A stretch of DNA of 64,000 nucleotides from an uncultured Candidatus Bathyarchaeia archaeon (GCA_964556565.1 CAZKWF010000001.1:97035-161034); one strand, 5' to 3'; positions 28,735-37,765 are shown, counted from the first letter of the stretch. Translations and numbers: made by a program. The notes: generated from the letters alone by a model not told the origin.

Positions 28735-29772
28735 TCAAGTCCTCTCAAAGACAACTATCTCTCTTGTCAAGCTTCTGTGTACGTACACAAAATGAGACTC
28801 TACTTGCTTAAAACCTAGCTGTTCGCCAATTTCACCTATCTTTATTGATTTTGGAGATGCCATACAGATTCGCTGTCCCTTCGGAAGTTTGTCATCTATC
28901 GTTGACAGCGTATCCTCAACAATCTGCCGAGTGTTCCATCCAAGCGTTGTTGCCAATTTGCCATAAGGCGGATCTGTGACGATGCAGTCAGTGTTGGCTA
29001 TTGGAAGGTGTCTAGCGTCTGCAACCGCCATCCCCTCCGGTCGCACGCCGTAGTAGAGAAGGTTTTGGAGACTCCCTTTCACCATGCGTGATTGTACATC
29101 AAAACCGATCACACGGCACCCTATCAATCCTGCTTCTACAAGCATTGTGGCAGTTCCGCAGAAAGGGTCAAGCACCAACTCTCCTGCCTTTGGCTGAGCT
29201 AAGTTCACCATACACCTTGCAAGCTTTGCGGGCATGGCTGAAGGATGGAAAAAAGGACGCTTTCGAGGCCCTCTCGCGACAAAAGGCTTCGGTAAGATAT
29301 CAGCTGTTTTTAATCCAAAAATAAATCGATCTTCTGTTAAAATTCCGAAAAAAGTCTTTTGAGCCTTCTTCAAGCTGACTTTAGCACCTTTAACCTTGCC
29401 TAGAATTAGCTCACCGAGTTTTCGTTCCAGTTCCACTCTGATAGCAGGTGAAGCGCTTCCTCTGACTCTTCTCACTCGAACAACAAAAGTTTCATCTCGT
29501 TCAATTATATCGTCTAAAGAGGTGGAGCCCATCTTATTTTTGATGTCGCTAATGGTAGCGTGACAATTCAATAGCTCCAGACCGCAAACCCGGGTCATAG
29601 CCGACCTCGATTTAACTGATTTTACACTGTCTAAACTCGCTTCTATGCGAAGAACTTGAGCCAATTTCTCCAAGATTCGGTACTCATGGTCTTCCGCCTC
29701 CAAAATGGATTGAAGTTCCGCTTGAGGCAGGGTTGGGTGTTCACCTGAGAGTAAAAAGAAAAGCCTAGCCAC
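28735..29772 (-). CDS. THUMP-domain tRNA (guanine-N2)-methyltransferase (Trm-G10/Trm11-like)
   Basis: An N-terminal THUMP-like region is followed by LDPFCGTATMLVEAG (SAM binding) and VTDPPYG (catalytic). Confidence 0.8.
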   Translation of the reverse strand: MARLFFLLSGEHPTLPQAELQSILEAEDHEYRILEKLAQVLRIEASLDSVKSVKSRSAMTRVCGLELLNCHATISDIKNKMGSTSLDDIIERDETFVVRVRRVRGSASPAIRVELERKLGELILGKVKGAKVSLKKAQKTFFGILTEDRFIFGLKTADILPKPFVARGPRKRPFFHPSAMPAKLARCMVNLAQPKAGELVLDPFCGTATMLVEAGLIGCRVIGFDVQSRMVKGSLQNLLYYGVRPEGMAVADARHLPIANTDCIVTDPPYGKLATTLGWNTRQIVEDTLSTIDDKLPKGQRICMASPKSIKIGEIGEQLGFKQVESHFVYVHRSLTREIVVFERT

Positions 29773-29774
29773 GC

Positions 29775-30689
29775 TTAGACTCCTCTTTCAGCCAGCGCCT
29801 CCGCGATTAATGGAGCAACCGAGACAACACTAACAGGGCTGGGAACGCAGTCTGTGCCCACGATTTCATCAGCACCGTTTTTCAGAATTCTGTCCTTCGA
29901 GTCTCCGATGAGAAGAGGATGCACACACGCTGCGAACACTCTGTCAGCGCCTTCAGCCTTAACCAGTTTGACGGCTTTAATCATCGTCCCGCCGCTGCTG
30001 ATGATGTCGTCGAATATGATTACGTTTCGATTTTTCACCGGTAAAGATTCTTTCTCAATTGTAACTTTTCCAGTTATTCGGTTTCTGTGAGTTGAGATAC
30101 ATCCGTATCCGCCTTCCAAGACCTTGTTTGCCTGCACCGCTGTGTCTAATGCTTTTTTGCCAAGCGACAGAGAAAACGCTCCATCAAAGCCTTTTTTCTT
30201 AAAATGCTCAGCTAGGAGACTGATGGCTGATAGATCATCAACAGGTATTTTGAAGGTTTTTAGGATTGTAGGGTTGTGAGAGTTTACGGTGATTATTCTG
30301 TTTACGCCGCACTTTTCCAAAAGTTTCATTAACGTTTTTACGCTGAAGGCTTCGCCGGATCTGAAGCGTTTATCCTGTCTAGCATATGCAAAATATGGAA
30401 CAACCGCGGTAATGCTCTTTGCCTTTTGGTCTTTTGCATTATCCGCCATAATGAAGAGTTGAATTGAACGTTCATTTTGGGGTGGACTTGTCGTCTGAAC
30501 AATAACGACGTGCTCATTCTCTATGTTTCCGTTAAATCGAATGTAGGATTCTCCGTCGGGAAAACGCTTGAACTCTACTGGAACAACCTTTGTCTTCAGC
30601 ATGTCTGCGATCTTTCGGCCTAGTTCTGTGGATGCTGGACCTGGGATTATTATCAATGTGTGTTCACGTGAGAAAATAGTATTGTACAC
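29775..30689 (-). CDS. prs: ribose-phosphate pyrophosphokinase
   Basis: RFPDGE, VVPYFAYARQDKRF and IIFDDIISSGGT (PRPP loop). Confidence 0.9.
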   Translation of the reverse strand: MYNTIFSREHTLIIIPGPASTELGRKIADMLKTKVVPVEFKRFPDGESYIRFNGNIENEHVVIVQTTSPPQNERSIQLFIMADNAKDQKAKSITAVVPYFAYARQDKRFRSGEAFSVKTLMKLLEKCGVNRIITVNSHNPTILKTFKIPVDDLSAISLLAEHFKKKGFDGAFSLSLGKKALDTAVQANKVLEGGYGCISTHRNRITGKVTIEKESLPVKNRNVIIFDDIISSGGTMIKAVKLVKAEGADRVFAACVHPLLIGDSKDRILKNGADEIVGTDCVPSPVSVVSVAPLIAEALAERGV

Positions 30690-30800
30690 AGAATTATAAT
30701 TATCGTTCCTTTAACAATGTGTTCCTGTTTACTTTTTGACTTTGCAGTTGATCGAAAAAGATATCTAATTCGGTTATAATCCTCTAAAAACTATCTGTCT

Positions 30801-31685
30801 ATGAGGCTGAACCCTTTGGGTGAAAAGCTGAGAGCTTTTTTGAAGGTCGTTGGAGTTTTTCTGGTATTAACGGGGATTTGGACTCTCTATCGACTATGGT
30901 CGGTAAACTTGATCATTTGTGATGGTGAGATGAATTGGGGAATGTTCTTTGTAACGCAGATTGTTTTTCAACCGTTACTAGCATTGTTACCGATACTTTT
31001 CATTGTTCGCTACGTTGAGAAAAGAAGAATTGGGTCAATAGGTTTATCTAGGCAAAAGTTCGTTAGAAACGCATTCTTCGGGATTTTTCTCTCACTATTT
31101 AACAGTATTGCGTTTGCTTGCCTTGCATACGTTCTGTTCGTTCCATTAGGAGCTGGTCCAATAACATTCACTGTAAACCCTGAAAACCTAGGCCTGACTT
31201 CAATTTTTCTAATGCCCTTAACTTTCTTTTTAGTCGTCGGTCCCTCTGAGGAAATAGAGACTAGAGGATACTTTCAAACGCGTTTACTGGAACACTTTGG
31301 TCCGAGATTTTCGATAATTTTTTCTTCGATGCTTTTCGCGTTGGCACATGTTCCTATAGATATGCTTATTTGGAGATATGATGTTTGGCTGATGTTTTTC
31401 CATCTGTTAGGAGTCTTCATAAGCGGTTCTATAATGGGTTATCTCTATTACCGGAGCGGTGTACTGACTGGCCCAATTTTTCTACACGCTTTCTTAGATA
31501 CACAATCCCTCGCTTACCTATTTAGTTTCGATTATGAACGATTAAGTCCTGAAGTTCGTTTCGGGATAGAAGGCTTAATCTGGGCAGTTGTTACGGTACT
31601 CACCTTTTTACTTATCCGCTTTTTAACATCTAAGTTAAGTTTAAAAATAGAGAATCTTCCATGGGAGACCACAAAAACCAAATAG
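30801..31685 (+). CDS. CPBP-family intramembrane glutamic endopeptidase (CAAX protease/Abi)
   Basis: Polytopic membrane protein with EEIETRGY, FALAH and HAFLD motifs. Confidence 0.75.
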   Translation: MRLNPLGEKLRAFLKVVGVFLVLTGIWTLYRLWSVNLIICDGEMNWGMFFVTQIVFQPLLALLPILFIVRYVEKRRIGSIGLSRQKFVRNAFFGIFLSLFNSIAFACLAYVLFVPLGAGPITFTVNPENLGLTSIFLMPLTFFLVVGPSEEIETRGYFQTRLLEHFGPRFSIIFSSMLFALAHVPIDMLIWRYDVWLMFFHLLGVFISGSIMGYLYYRSGVLTGPIFLHAFLDTQSLAYLFSFDYERLSPEVRFGIEGLIWAVVTVLTFLLIRFLTSKLSLKIENLPWETTKTK

Positions 31686-31721
31686 AACGGAAACTAGTGA
31701 GACGATTAATCTGAGTTAGTC

Positions 31722-32993
31722 TCACTTCGTTTTCCCATATTCTTCAACTAGTTCTTTGGCTCGGTCTAACCTTACTTTACGTTCTTCAACCATCTTTTCA
31801 ACTATTAGGTCGATCAATTTTCCAGATGCTCCTGCCATAATCGCCACGTTTCGAGCGTGTAGTGCCATGTGTCCCCTCTGGATACCCTCATGAGCCAGAG
31901 CTCTCAACGCACCAAGGTTCTGTGCCAGCCCAACGGCGGCTAAAACTTCAGCCAGCTCATTGGCGGTTTTTACACCCAAAATCTTCAATGCTATTTTAGC
32001 CACGGGGTGCACTCTTGTGGCGCCTCCAACTGTTCCCACAGCCATTGGAAGTTCAATTGAGCCTACGAGGTCTCCGTCCTTGTTCTTCTCCCAGACTGTT
32101 AGTGGACTGTACTGGCCTGATCTTGCTGCGTAGGCGTGGGCTCCTGCCTCTACGGCGCGGTGGTCGTTGCACGTAGCGATTACGACGCCGATTATGCCGT
32201 TGAGTATACCTTTATTATGAGTTGCAGCCCTATACGGGTCGGCGGCAGCAAAGTTGTAAGCTTCTATGATGCCGTCTACGATTTTTTCTCCGCCTAACTC
32301 CTCCTTTGTCACGACAGTCCAAGCTCTTGCCAGCCGTTTTGTAGCTAGGTTAGAAATGATTCTCAGATACACTCGGCCGTGCGTAATTCTTTCAATCAGC
32401 GGAGCAACAGCCTCTGCCATAGTGTTGACAGCGTTTGCGCCCATTGCGTCTCTACAATCTACGTGAAGCTCAGTGATGACCATGGGGCCACTATTAGTCT
32501 GTATCACCCTTACGTCTAGGTCTTTGGCGCCTCCTCCAACCGAAACCAGCATGGGATCCTGCTCGTTCGCCTTCTGGAGGATTTTCTCTTTTGCCGCCAG
32601 AACAGCCATCTTAGCCCCATACGGATCGTCTATATTTACCGCTTGGATTTGTCCAATCATGACTGGCTCGGTGCTGCTAGTGTGGAAGCCACCCTTTGCT
32701 CTTGTCATCTTTGCCGCGTAGCTGGCTGCAGCCACTACGGAAGGCTCATCAATCGCCATCGGAATCAAATAGCTTCGTTCATTGATTAGAAAGTTCACTG
32801 CGATTCCGAGAGGTATGGGGAATGCCCCCACGACGTTCTCGATCATTCGGTTGGCTAACTCCAGCTTCAGAGCCCCTGTTGATAATAGAGTTTCAACTTC
32901 TTCATCTGTTAAACCAGCAAAGTCTTTTACGATTTGCACTCTTTCTTTTGGGGTTAGTTTATAGAATCCCGAAATCTGAGACGTTCTACTCAA
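31722..32993 (-). CDS. hmgA: hydroxymethylglutaryl-CoA reductase, class II
   Basis: It aligns along its full length with the class II enzyme as I recall it from Pseudomonas mevalonii (ENVVGAFPIPLGIAVNF, DEPSVVAAASY, DAMGANAVNTMAEAVAP, ATHNKGI.NGI, GHMALHARN). Length is 423 aa. Confidence 0.9.
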   Translation of the reverse strand: MSRTSQISGFYKLTPKERVQIVKDFAGLTDEEVETLLSTGALKLELANRMIENVVGAFPIPLGIAVNFLINERSYLIPMAIDEPSVVAAASYAAKMTRAKGGFHTSSTEPVMIGQIQAVNIDDPYGAKMAVLAAKEKILQKANEQDPMLVSVGGGAKDLDVRVIQTNSGPMVITELHVDCRDAMGANAVNTMAEAVAPLIERITHGRVYLRIISNLATKRLARAWTVVTKEELGGEKIVDGIIEAYNFAAADPYRAATHNKGILNGIIGVVIATCNDHRAVEAGAHAYAARSGQYSPLTVWEKNKDGDLVGSIELPMAVGTVGGATRVHPVAKIALKILGVKTANELAEVLAAVGLAQNLGALRALAHEGIQRGHMALHARNVAIMAGASGKLIDLIVEKMVEERKVRLDRAKELVEEYGKTK

Positions 32994-33066
32994 TTTGAGC
33001 CACCTTAATTTCTAATTTTACTAGATGAATATGCACAGCATAAGAATTTAACTCATTTTTCGAAAA

Positions 33067-33240
33067 TCATTTTTTCTTCTGTAATCTTTCTGTGCAGATT
33101 AGATGGTAGATGCTGTTCCCTTTGAAGGCACCTCCGTTTTCAGCTAACTTTCGAGCGTCATCTCCCGAGAGGTTTCTTACAGAGCTATCCACAATTATGT
33201 TGCCATTAGCGCTAATAAGGCGGATGCCGTGGAAAAACAA
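33067..33240 (-). CDS. possible unannotated 57-aa ORF (TTG start)
   Basis: My own translation: (L)FFHGIRLISANGNIIVDSSVRNLSGDDARKLAENGGAFKGNSIYHLICTERLQKKK*. It has protein-like composition and lies in an otherwise empty 326-bp gap. There is no ATG, and I recognise no family. Confidence 0.2.
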   Translation of the reverse strand: MFFHGIRLISANGNIIVDSSVRNLSGDDARKLAENGGAFKGNSIYHLICTERLQKKK

Positions 33241-33319
33241 TTTTGACCGACCATTTGGAAAGGCGTAAACTTTTCAAGAAGATGGGGGAAGATTTATACC
33301 CTTATACTAGTACAGTAGT

Positions 33320-33625
33320 ATGAGAGTTCATGAGATGCATTCTGAAAAAGAGTTAGGCCATAAGGTATGTGAAGCTCTGAGTCTTCCCAGCCGAATGCGC
33401 ATACTGCAAGAACTCATAAAAGCATACCCAAATAGGCTAACGATTTCTAAACTGCAACAGATAACATCAGAACCACGTATGACCGTCTGGTTCCACATGA
33501 ACAAGCTTAGAGAAGCAAACCTCGTCGAGCTAAACGGGTCCAGGCGAGGTTTCAAAGCCGTAACAAGGGCGTTGACCATACGGTTCAACGGAAATGGGAT
33601 TCAGTTGGAGGAGGAGAAGGAGTAA
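33320..33625 (+). CDS. small ArsR-like wHTH regulator
   Basis: LSLPSRMRILQELIKAYPNRLTISKLQQITSEPRMTVWFHMNKLREANLVEL. A TATA-like TTTATAC lies ~27 nt upstream, so the transcript may be leaderless. Confidence 0.6.
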   Translation: MRVHEMHSEKELGHKVCEALSLPSRMRILQELIKAYPNRLTISKLQQITSEPRMTVWFHMNKLREANLVELNGSRRGFKAVTRALTIRFNGNGIQLEEEKE

Positions 33626-33637
33626 GAGAGGGGTCAG

Positions 33638-34690
33638 ATGGTAAAAGAAGCCATGCTTTACGAAGAGTTGCCGGAAAACAAGGTGCGATGCAACCTTTGC
33701 GGAAGGCGTTGCATAATAACTGAAGGCGCCGTAGGGTTCTGTTTGGTTAGAAAAAATGAGAAAGGGAAGCTCTACTCGCTCGTGTACGCCAAAGCCTGCT
33801 CTGTATGTGTTGATCCGATAACAAAAAAACCTCTCTCCCACTTTAACCCCGGTTCGCAGGTCATGTCCATCGCCACAGTGGGATGCAATTTCCGCTGTCG
33901 TTTCTGTGACAACTGGTTGATCAGTCAGGAAAAGGAAATTCAGGGATACGGTTTCCCTCCAGAAAAAGTTGTGAAGGCCGCGAAGGATGATGGGTGCCAA
34001 GGGATAAGCTACACTTACACTGAACCAACAATTTTCTTTGAGTATGCTTTCGACACGGCGATGTTGGCCCATAAGGAAGGAGTTTTCAATACTTTTGTGA
34101 CCAATGGATACATGACCCCCGAAGCCGTCCAGCTGATAGCTCCAGTCCTAGATGCTGTAACAGTGGATTTTAAGGGTGCAGGAGACCCGGAATTCTACAA
34201 GAAATTTGCAGCCGTTCCATCCGTGGAGCCAATTTATGAATCTTTGAAAGAAATGAAGAAATGTGATATACATGTTGAAGTCACTAATCTAGTCGTGCCG
34301 AAGATAGGAGATTCGATGGAAGCAATTCGTGAGCTAGCTATGTGGATAAGAGATAACCTTGGGAAAGACACTGTGTTTCATCTGCTCAGGTTTCATCCCA
34401 ACTATCAGGTAACTGAGATTCCTTCAACTCCATTGGAGACGCTTGAATACGCCTGCGATGTGTCGCGTGAGATTGGCCTTAATTACGTGTATATGGGAAA
34501 TGTTCCGGGACACCGTTACGAGAATACTTACTGTCCGAGCTGTGGAGAGCTGGTGATTAAACGGTTCAGTTTCGACATCGTGAAGTGGCATCTAACCAAG
34601 GACATGTGTTGCCCAGCCTGTGGACAAAAAATAGCCATACGCGGTCAGTTTTATCCGGGTGGCGTATCTTACCCATATTACGTTATTTAG
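33638..34690 (+). CDS. amrS: AmmeMemoRadiSam system radical SAM enzyme
   Basis: MVKEAMLYEELPENKVRCNLCGRRCII..G.CLVRKNEKGKLYSLVY, followed by the CNFRCRFCDNW radical SAM CX3CX2C cluster, and a C-terminal CPSCG..CPACG. Confidence 0.85.
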   Translation: MVKEAMLYEELPENKVRCNLCGRRCIITEGAVGFCLVRKNEKGKLYSLVYAKACSVCVDPITKKPLSHFNPGSQVMSIATVGCNFRCRFCDNWLISQEKEIQGYGFPPEKVVKAAKDDGCQGISYTYTEPTIFFEYAFDTAMLAHKEGVFNTFVTNGYMTPEAVQLIAPVLDAVTVDFKGAGDPEFYKKFAAVPSVEPIYESLKEMKKCDIHVEVTNLVVPKIGDSMEAIRELAMWIRDNLGKDTVFHLLRFHPNYQVTEIPSTPLETLEYACDVSREIGLNYVYMGNVPGHRYENTYCPSCGELVIKRFSFDIVKWHLTKDMCCPACGQKIAIRGQFYPGGVSYPYYVI

Positions 34691-34795
34691 CAACCGCCAA
34701 GGATGACTCACCTATACGATTTGATAGAATGTTGGATGCCATCATCACTTTTTATACACCCGTTTTTCAACTAATTACTCTAGGAAACAAACATA

Positions 34796-35887
34796 ATGTG
34801 GACTGCTTGGAGACCTGACGCTACAGCTGTTCTAAAGGACAAGAAAGCTCGAGCAAGCCTAGCCAGATACTTCGACGTTATGCAAGACGACAAACCCGCC
34901 AAGTTCATAATCGCTAAAAAACTGTCTGCAGACTTCGATGAACGCGATTCGCTTGCAAAACTGTGGAAACTGCACGACAAACTCACCGAAGAATTTTACC
35001 GCCTACAAGAAAAGATTGATTCACATCAAAAACAACTGAAACGACTAGAAAACCCAGAAAAGTCATATCTCGACTTAAAGATCGAAATAGCAAATCGCAT
35101 TCTAGAAAGCTGTCACTTCTGTACTCGTAGATGCGGCTTCAACCGACTTAACGGAGAACTTGGATGCTGCAAGTGCGGAACCCAAATAACAGTTTCCACC
35201 ATGTTCCAACACACAGGCGAAGAACCCGAACTCGTCCCGTCTGGAACAATATTCACGCTCGGCTGCACTATGCAGTGTCGCCACTGCCAAAACTGGTCCA
35301 TATCTCAATGGTATGAAAAAGGCGAAATCTTCTCACCCGAACGGCTGGCAAAACCTGTGGAACACCTACGCAAAAGTGGATGCAGAAACGTTAATCTGGT
35401 TGGCGGTGACCCGACGCCTTGGCTTCAACAGTGGCTGGAAACGTTCCGACACGTCGACGTGAACATTCCCGTGGTTTGGAACTCCAACTCCTACTACAGC
35501 GAAGAAACCGCTAAGCTTCTCGCCGGGTTTATAGATGTCTATCTTCTCGATTTCAAGTATGGATTAAACGAGTGTGCCAAAAGAATTTCCGATGCGTTAG
35601 GCTATTGGGAGGCGTGCACGCGGAATCATCTATATGGTAAGAAGTATGGAGAACTCCTCATCCGTGTCCTAGTCTTGCCAGAGCATCTTGATTGTTGCAC
35701 AAAGCCTATTTTGAACTGGATAGCCCAAAACCTTGGAACATGGGTTAGAACCAATGTGATGTTTCAATACCGTCCAGAATGGAGGGCCCACGAAATCCCA
35801 GAGCTTCGGAGAAGGCTAACTAAAGACGAGAGAGAACAAGCCATCAAACTTGCCGAAGAAGCTGGACTAACCAATTTTATAACCTAG
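34796..35887 (+). CDS. radical SAM protein, PflX/COG1313-like (PFL-activase homolog)
   Basis: CTMQCRHCQNW cluster motif. An upstream Cys-rich region reads CHFCTRRCGFNRLNGELGCC. Confidence 0.8.
   Translation: MWTAWRPDATAVLKDKKARASLARYFDVMQDDKPAKFIIAKKLSADFDERDSLAKLWKLHDKLTEEFYRLQEKIDSHQKQLKRLENPEKSYLDLKIEIANRILESCHFCTRRCGFNRLNGELGCCKCGTQITVSTMFQHTGEEPELVPSGTIFTLGCTMQCRHCQNWSISQWYEKGEIFSPERLAKPVEHLRKSGCRNVNLVGGDPTPWLQQWLETFRHVDVNIPVVWNSNSYYSEETAKLLAGFIDVYLLDFKYGLNECAKRISDALGYWEACTRNHLYGKKYGELLIRVLVLPEHLDCCTKPILNWIAQNLGTWVRTNVMFQYRPEWRAHEIPELRRRLTKDEREQAIKLAEEAGLTNFIT
35864..35887 (+). repeat. 24-nt direct repeat, copy 1 (last 7 codons plus stop of the radical SAM gene)
   Basis: GGACTAACCAATTTTATAACCTAG encodes GLTNFIT*. 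It matches 36407-36430 at 21 of 24 positions. Confidence 0.8.
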
Positions 35888-36079
35888 TTTTTCGAGGTTA
35901 TAACATGCTTTTTCATTTTCTTTTCCTGAACTGTTTGAGCTACTGCATACATGCATAAAACAACGCAAATATCCCAAATGGATGCATAAGAGAGATTTTC
36001 GGTGATATGATAGAGGAAGAATTTTGAGATTAGAGGCATCCACAGACTAACCTATAAATACATCGAGTGCTTTTTTCAA

Positions 36080-36352
36080 ATGCTGATGAAAATGAAGATC
36101 AAAATCAAGAAGCCAACAGAAGAAGAACGAAGAAGAGCAAAAAGCTGGCCAACTTGGGAAAAGGAACCTTCCACGTTTCCATGGGAGTATGATCAAAAAG
36201 AAGCTTGTCTGATTCTTGAAGGAAGGTCTATCGTGAAGACAGATGAAGGAAATGTGGAATTCGGTGCTGGTGATTTTGTGACCTTTCCAAAGGGTCTCAA
36301 ATGCACTTGGGAAATCAAGGAGAAGATTAGAAAACATTACAAACTAGGTTGA
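36080..36352 (+). CDS. small cupin (cupin_3/DUF861-like)
   Basis: WPTWEKEPSTFPWEYDQKEACLILEGRSIVKTDEGNVEFGAGDFVTFPKGLKCTWEI is the typical single-cupin beta-barrel pattern. Confidence 0.65.
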   Translation: MLMKMKIKIKKPTEEERRRAKSWPTWEKEPSTFPWEYDQKEACLILEGRSIVKTDEGNVEFGAGDFVTFPKGLKCTWEIKEKIRKHYKLG

Positions 36353-36406
36353 CGCGCCCAAAGACAAAAGAAAAAGGGGAAATGCAGGGGATATATCCAG
36401 CAATAT

Positions 36407-36430
36407 GGGCTAACCAATTTTATAACATAA
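36407..36430 (+). repeat. 24-nt direct repeat, copy 2 (orphan copy of GLTNFIT* codons)
   Basis: GGGCTAACCAATTTTATAACATAA. All three differences from copy 1 are synonymous (GGA/GGG, ACC/ACA, TAG/TAA). Confidence 0.8.
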
Positions 36431-36582
36431 ATTTTCTTACAGATACCTAAAAAACGAAATGGCGTTTTCACACTAGTCCTGCAAGAATTGTTTTCTTCTC
36501 ACACGTTGAAATGAAACCAAAAGTATTTCTCATGCTTCTTCGTTCTATGTGGTGGAGTGAAACGTGAAAAGGTAGATACTAT

Positions 36583-36789
36583 ATGCGTTACTGTCCCGAA
36601 TGTGGCGGTGAACTGAAGTATATTTCGGCTACAAAACGCTATGCATGCAAGAGCTGTGGACTCTCTCTTACGCCTCAAGAACTCACGGAGTTGCGTGAAA
36701 AGTTGAGACCGAGCTTTGAGTCTGCGGAGGAGCGACGGCGGAAAGAGCGGAAAGATTACTTGAAGTGGTGGCTCGGCAAGAAAAAGTAG
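36583..36789 (+). CDS. small zinc-ribbon protein with basic C-terminal tail
   Basis: MRYCPECGGELKYISATKRYACKSCG (CPxCG...CxxCG) followed by a Lys/Arg/Glu-rich helix. The competing antisense ORF 36499..36963 has implausible composition. Confidence 0.5.
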   Translation: MRYCPECGGELKYISATKRYACKSCGLSLTPQELTELREKLRPSFESAEERRRKERKDYLKWWLGKKK

Positions 36790-36940
36790 ACAGTGCATAA
36801 TGCAGAGCGTTTGAAGCATTTGCGTAGGTAACGGACTGTTTTTTATATGAAAATACTGCATTATTCTGCGCCAAATAGTCACTGCATAATCTTCATTTAT
36901 CTGTTTGAATTGATGTTTCAGCTGGTAGGAGAATAGTGGT

Positions 36941-37765
36941 ATGGCTTGTTCAATAGAGATCATCTGCGTTGGAACAGAGCTTCTAATTGGTAAGACCTTG
37001 AATACAAATGCTCATTGGTTGTCAAAACGAATAACGAGTTTAGGAGGCAAAGTCGCAAGAATCACCGTGGTTAGAGACAACGTGAACGAAATAGCATCCT
37101 CTGTAAACGAAGCTACGCGAAGGAAACCTCGTTTCTTAATCACCGTAGGTGGGCTTGGCCCAACGTTTGATGACAAGACGTTGGAAGGTGTTGCTAAGGC
37201 GTTAAGGTGTAAGTTAGAAATTGACGATGAAGCTTTGAAAATGGTGGAGGGAAAATATCACATGTATGTGGAGGAGGGCCGGATGGAGAAGGCGGAGTTG
37301 ACTCCTCCTCGCGTTAAGATGGCGAAGCTTCCTAAAGGTGGTAAACCTCTACCTAATTCAGTTGGAACTGCGCCAGGTGTGATCATAGAATGCGAGGGCA
37401 CAACTTTAGTGGCACTTCCTGGGGTTCCGTCCGAAATGATGGCTATATTTGAGGGATCTATTGCGCCTATTCTTAGACAAGCTGCAGGTGATGTAACGTT
37501 TTTTGAAACAAGTATAGACGTAACTGGCGTTGTGGAGTCGGAAATGGCTCCGATTATCGATCGGGTGATGCATGATAATCCGTATGTTTATATAAAATCT
37601 CATCCCAAAGGTGGCGAAGGAATCTCCAAAATAGAATTTCACCTCTCAACAACTGTCGAGAACTCCGTTGTAGCCAGAAAATATATCAGCAAAGCTCTTG
37701 TTCAACTGTCGGACATGGCTCTGAAGAAAGGTGGCAAAATCAAGCCTGTTAAGGCAGAAACTTGA
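36941..37765 (+). CDS. CinA N-terminal-type molybdopterin-binding (MoCF_BD) domain protein
   Basis: IEIICVGTELLIGKTLNTNAHWLSKRI and ITVGGLGPTFDDKT match the CinA N-terminal/MoaB-MogA-like fold. Confidence 0.8.
   Translation: MACSIEIICVGTELLIGKTLNTNAHWLSKRITSLGGKVARITVVRDNVNEIASSVNEATRRKPRFLITVGGLGPTFDDKTLEGVAKALRCKLEIDDEALKMVEGKYHMYVEEGRMEKAELTPPRVKMAKLPKGGKPLPNSVGTAPGVIIECEGTTLVALPGVPSEMMAIFEGSIAPILRQAAGDVTFFETSIDVTGVVESEMAPIIDRVMHDNPYVYIKSHPKGGEGISKIEFHLSTTVENSVVARKYISKALVQLSDMALKKGGKIKPVKAET

Noticed and set aside
36499-36963. 154-aa minus-strand ORF spanning the 36583..36789 region and the start of the CinA-N gene
   Set aside because: It has implausible composition (Phe/Leu/Gln/Arg runs) and overlaps two better-supported plus-strand genes.
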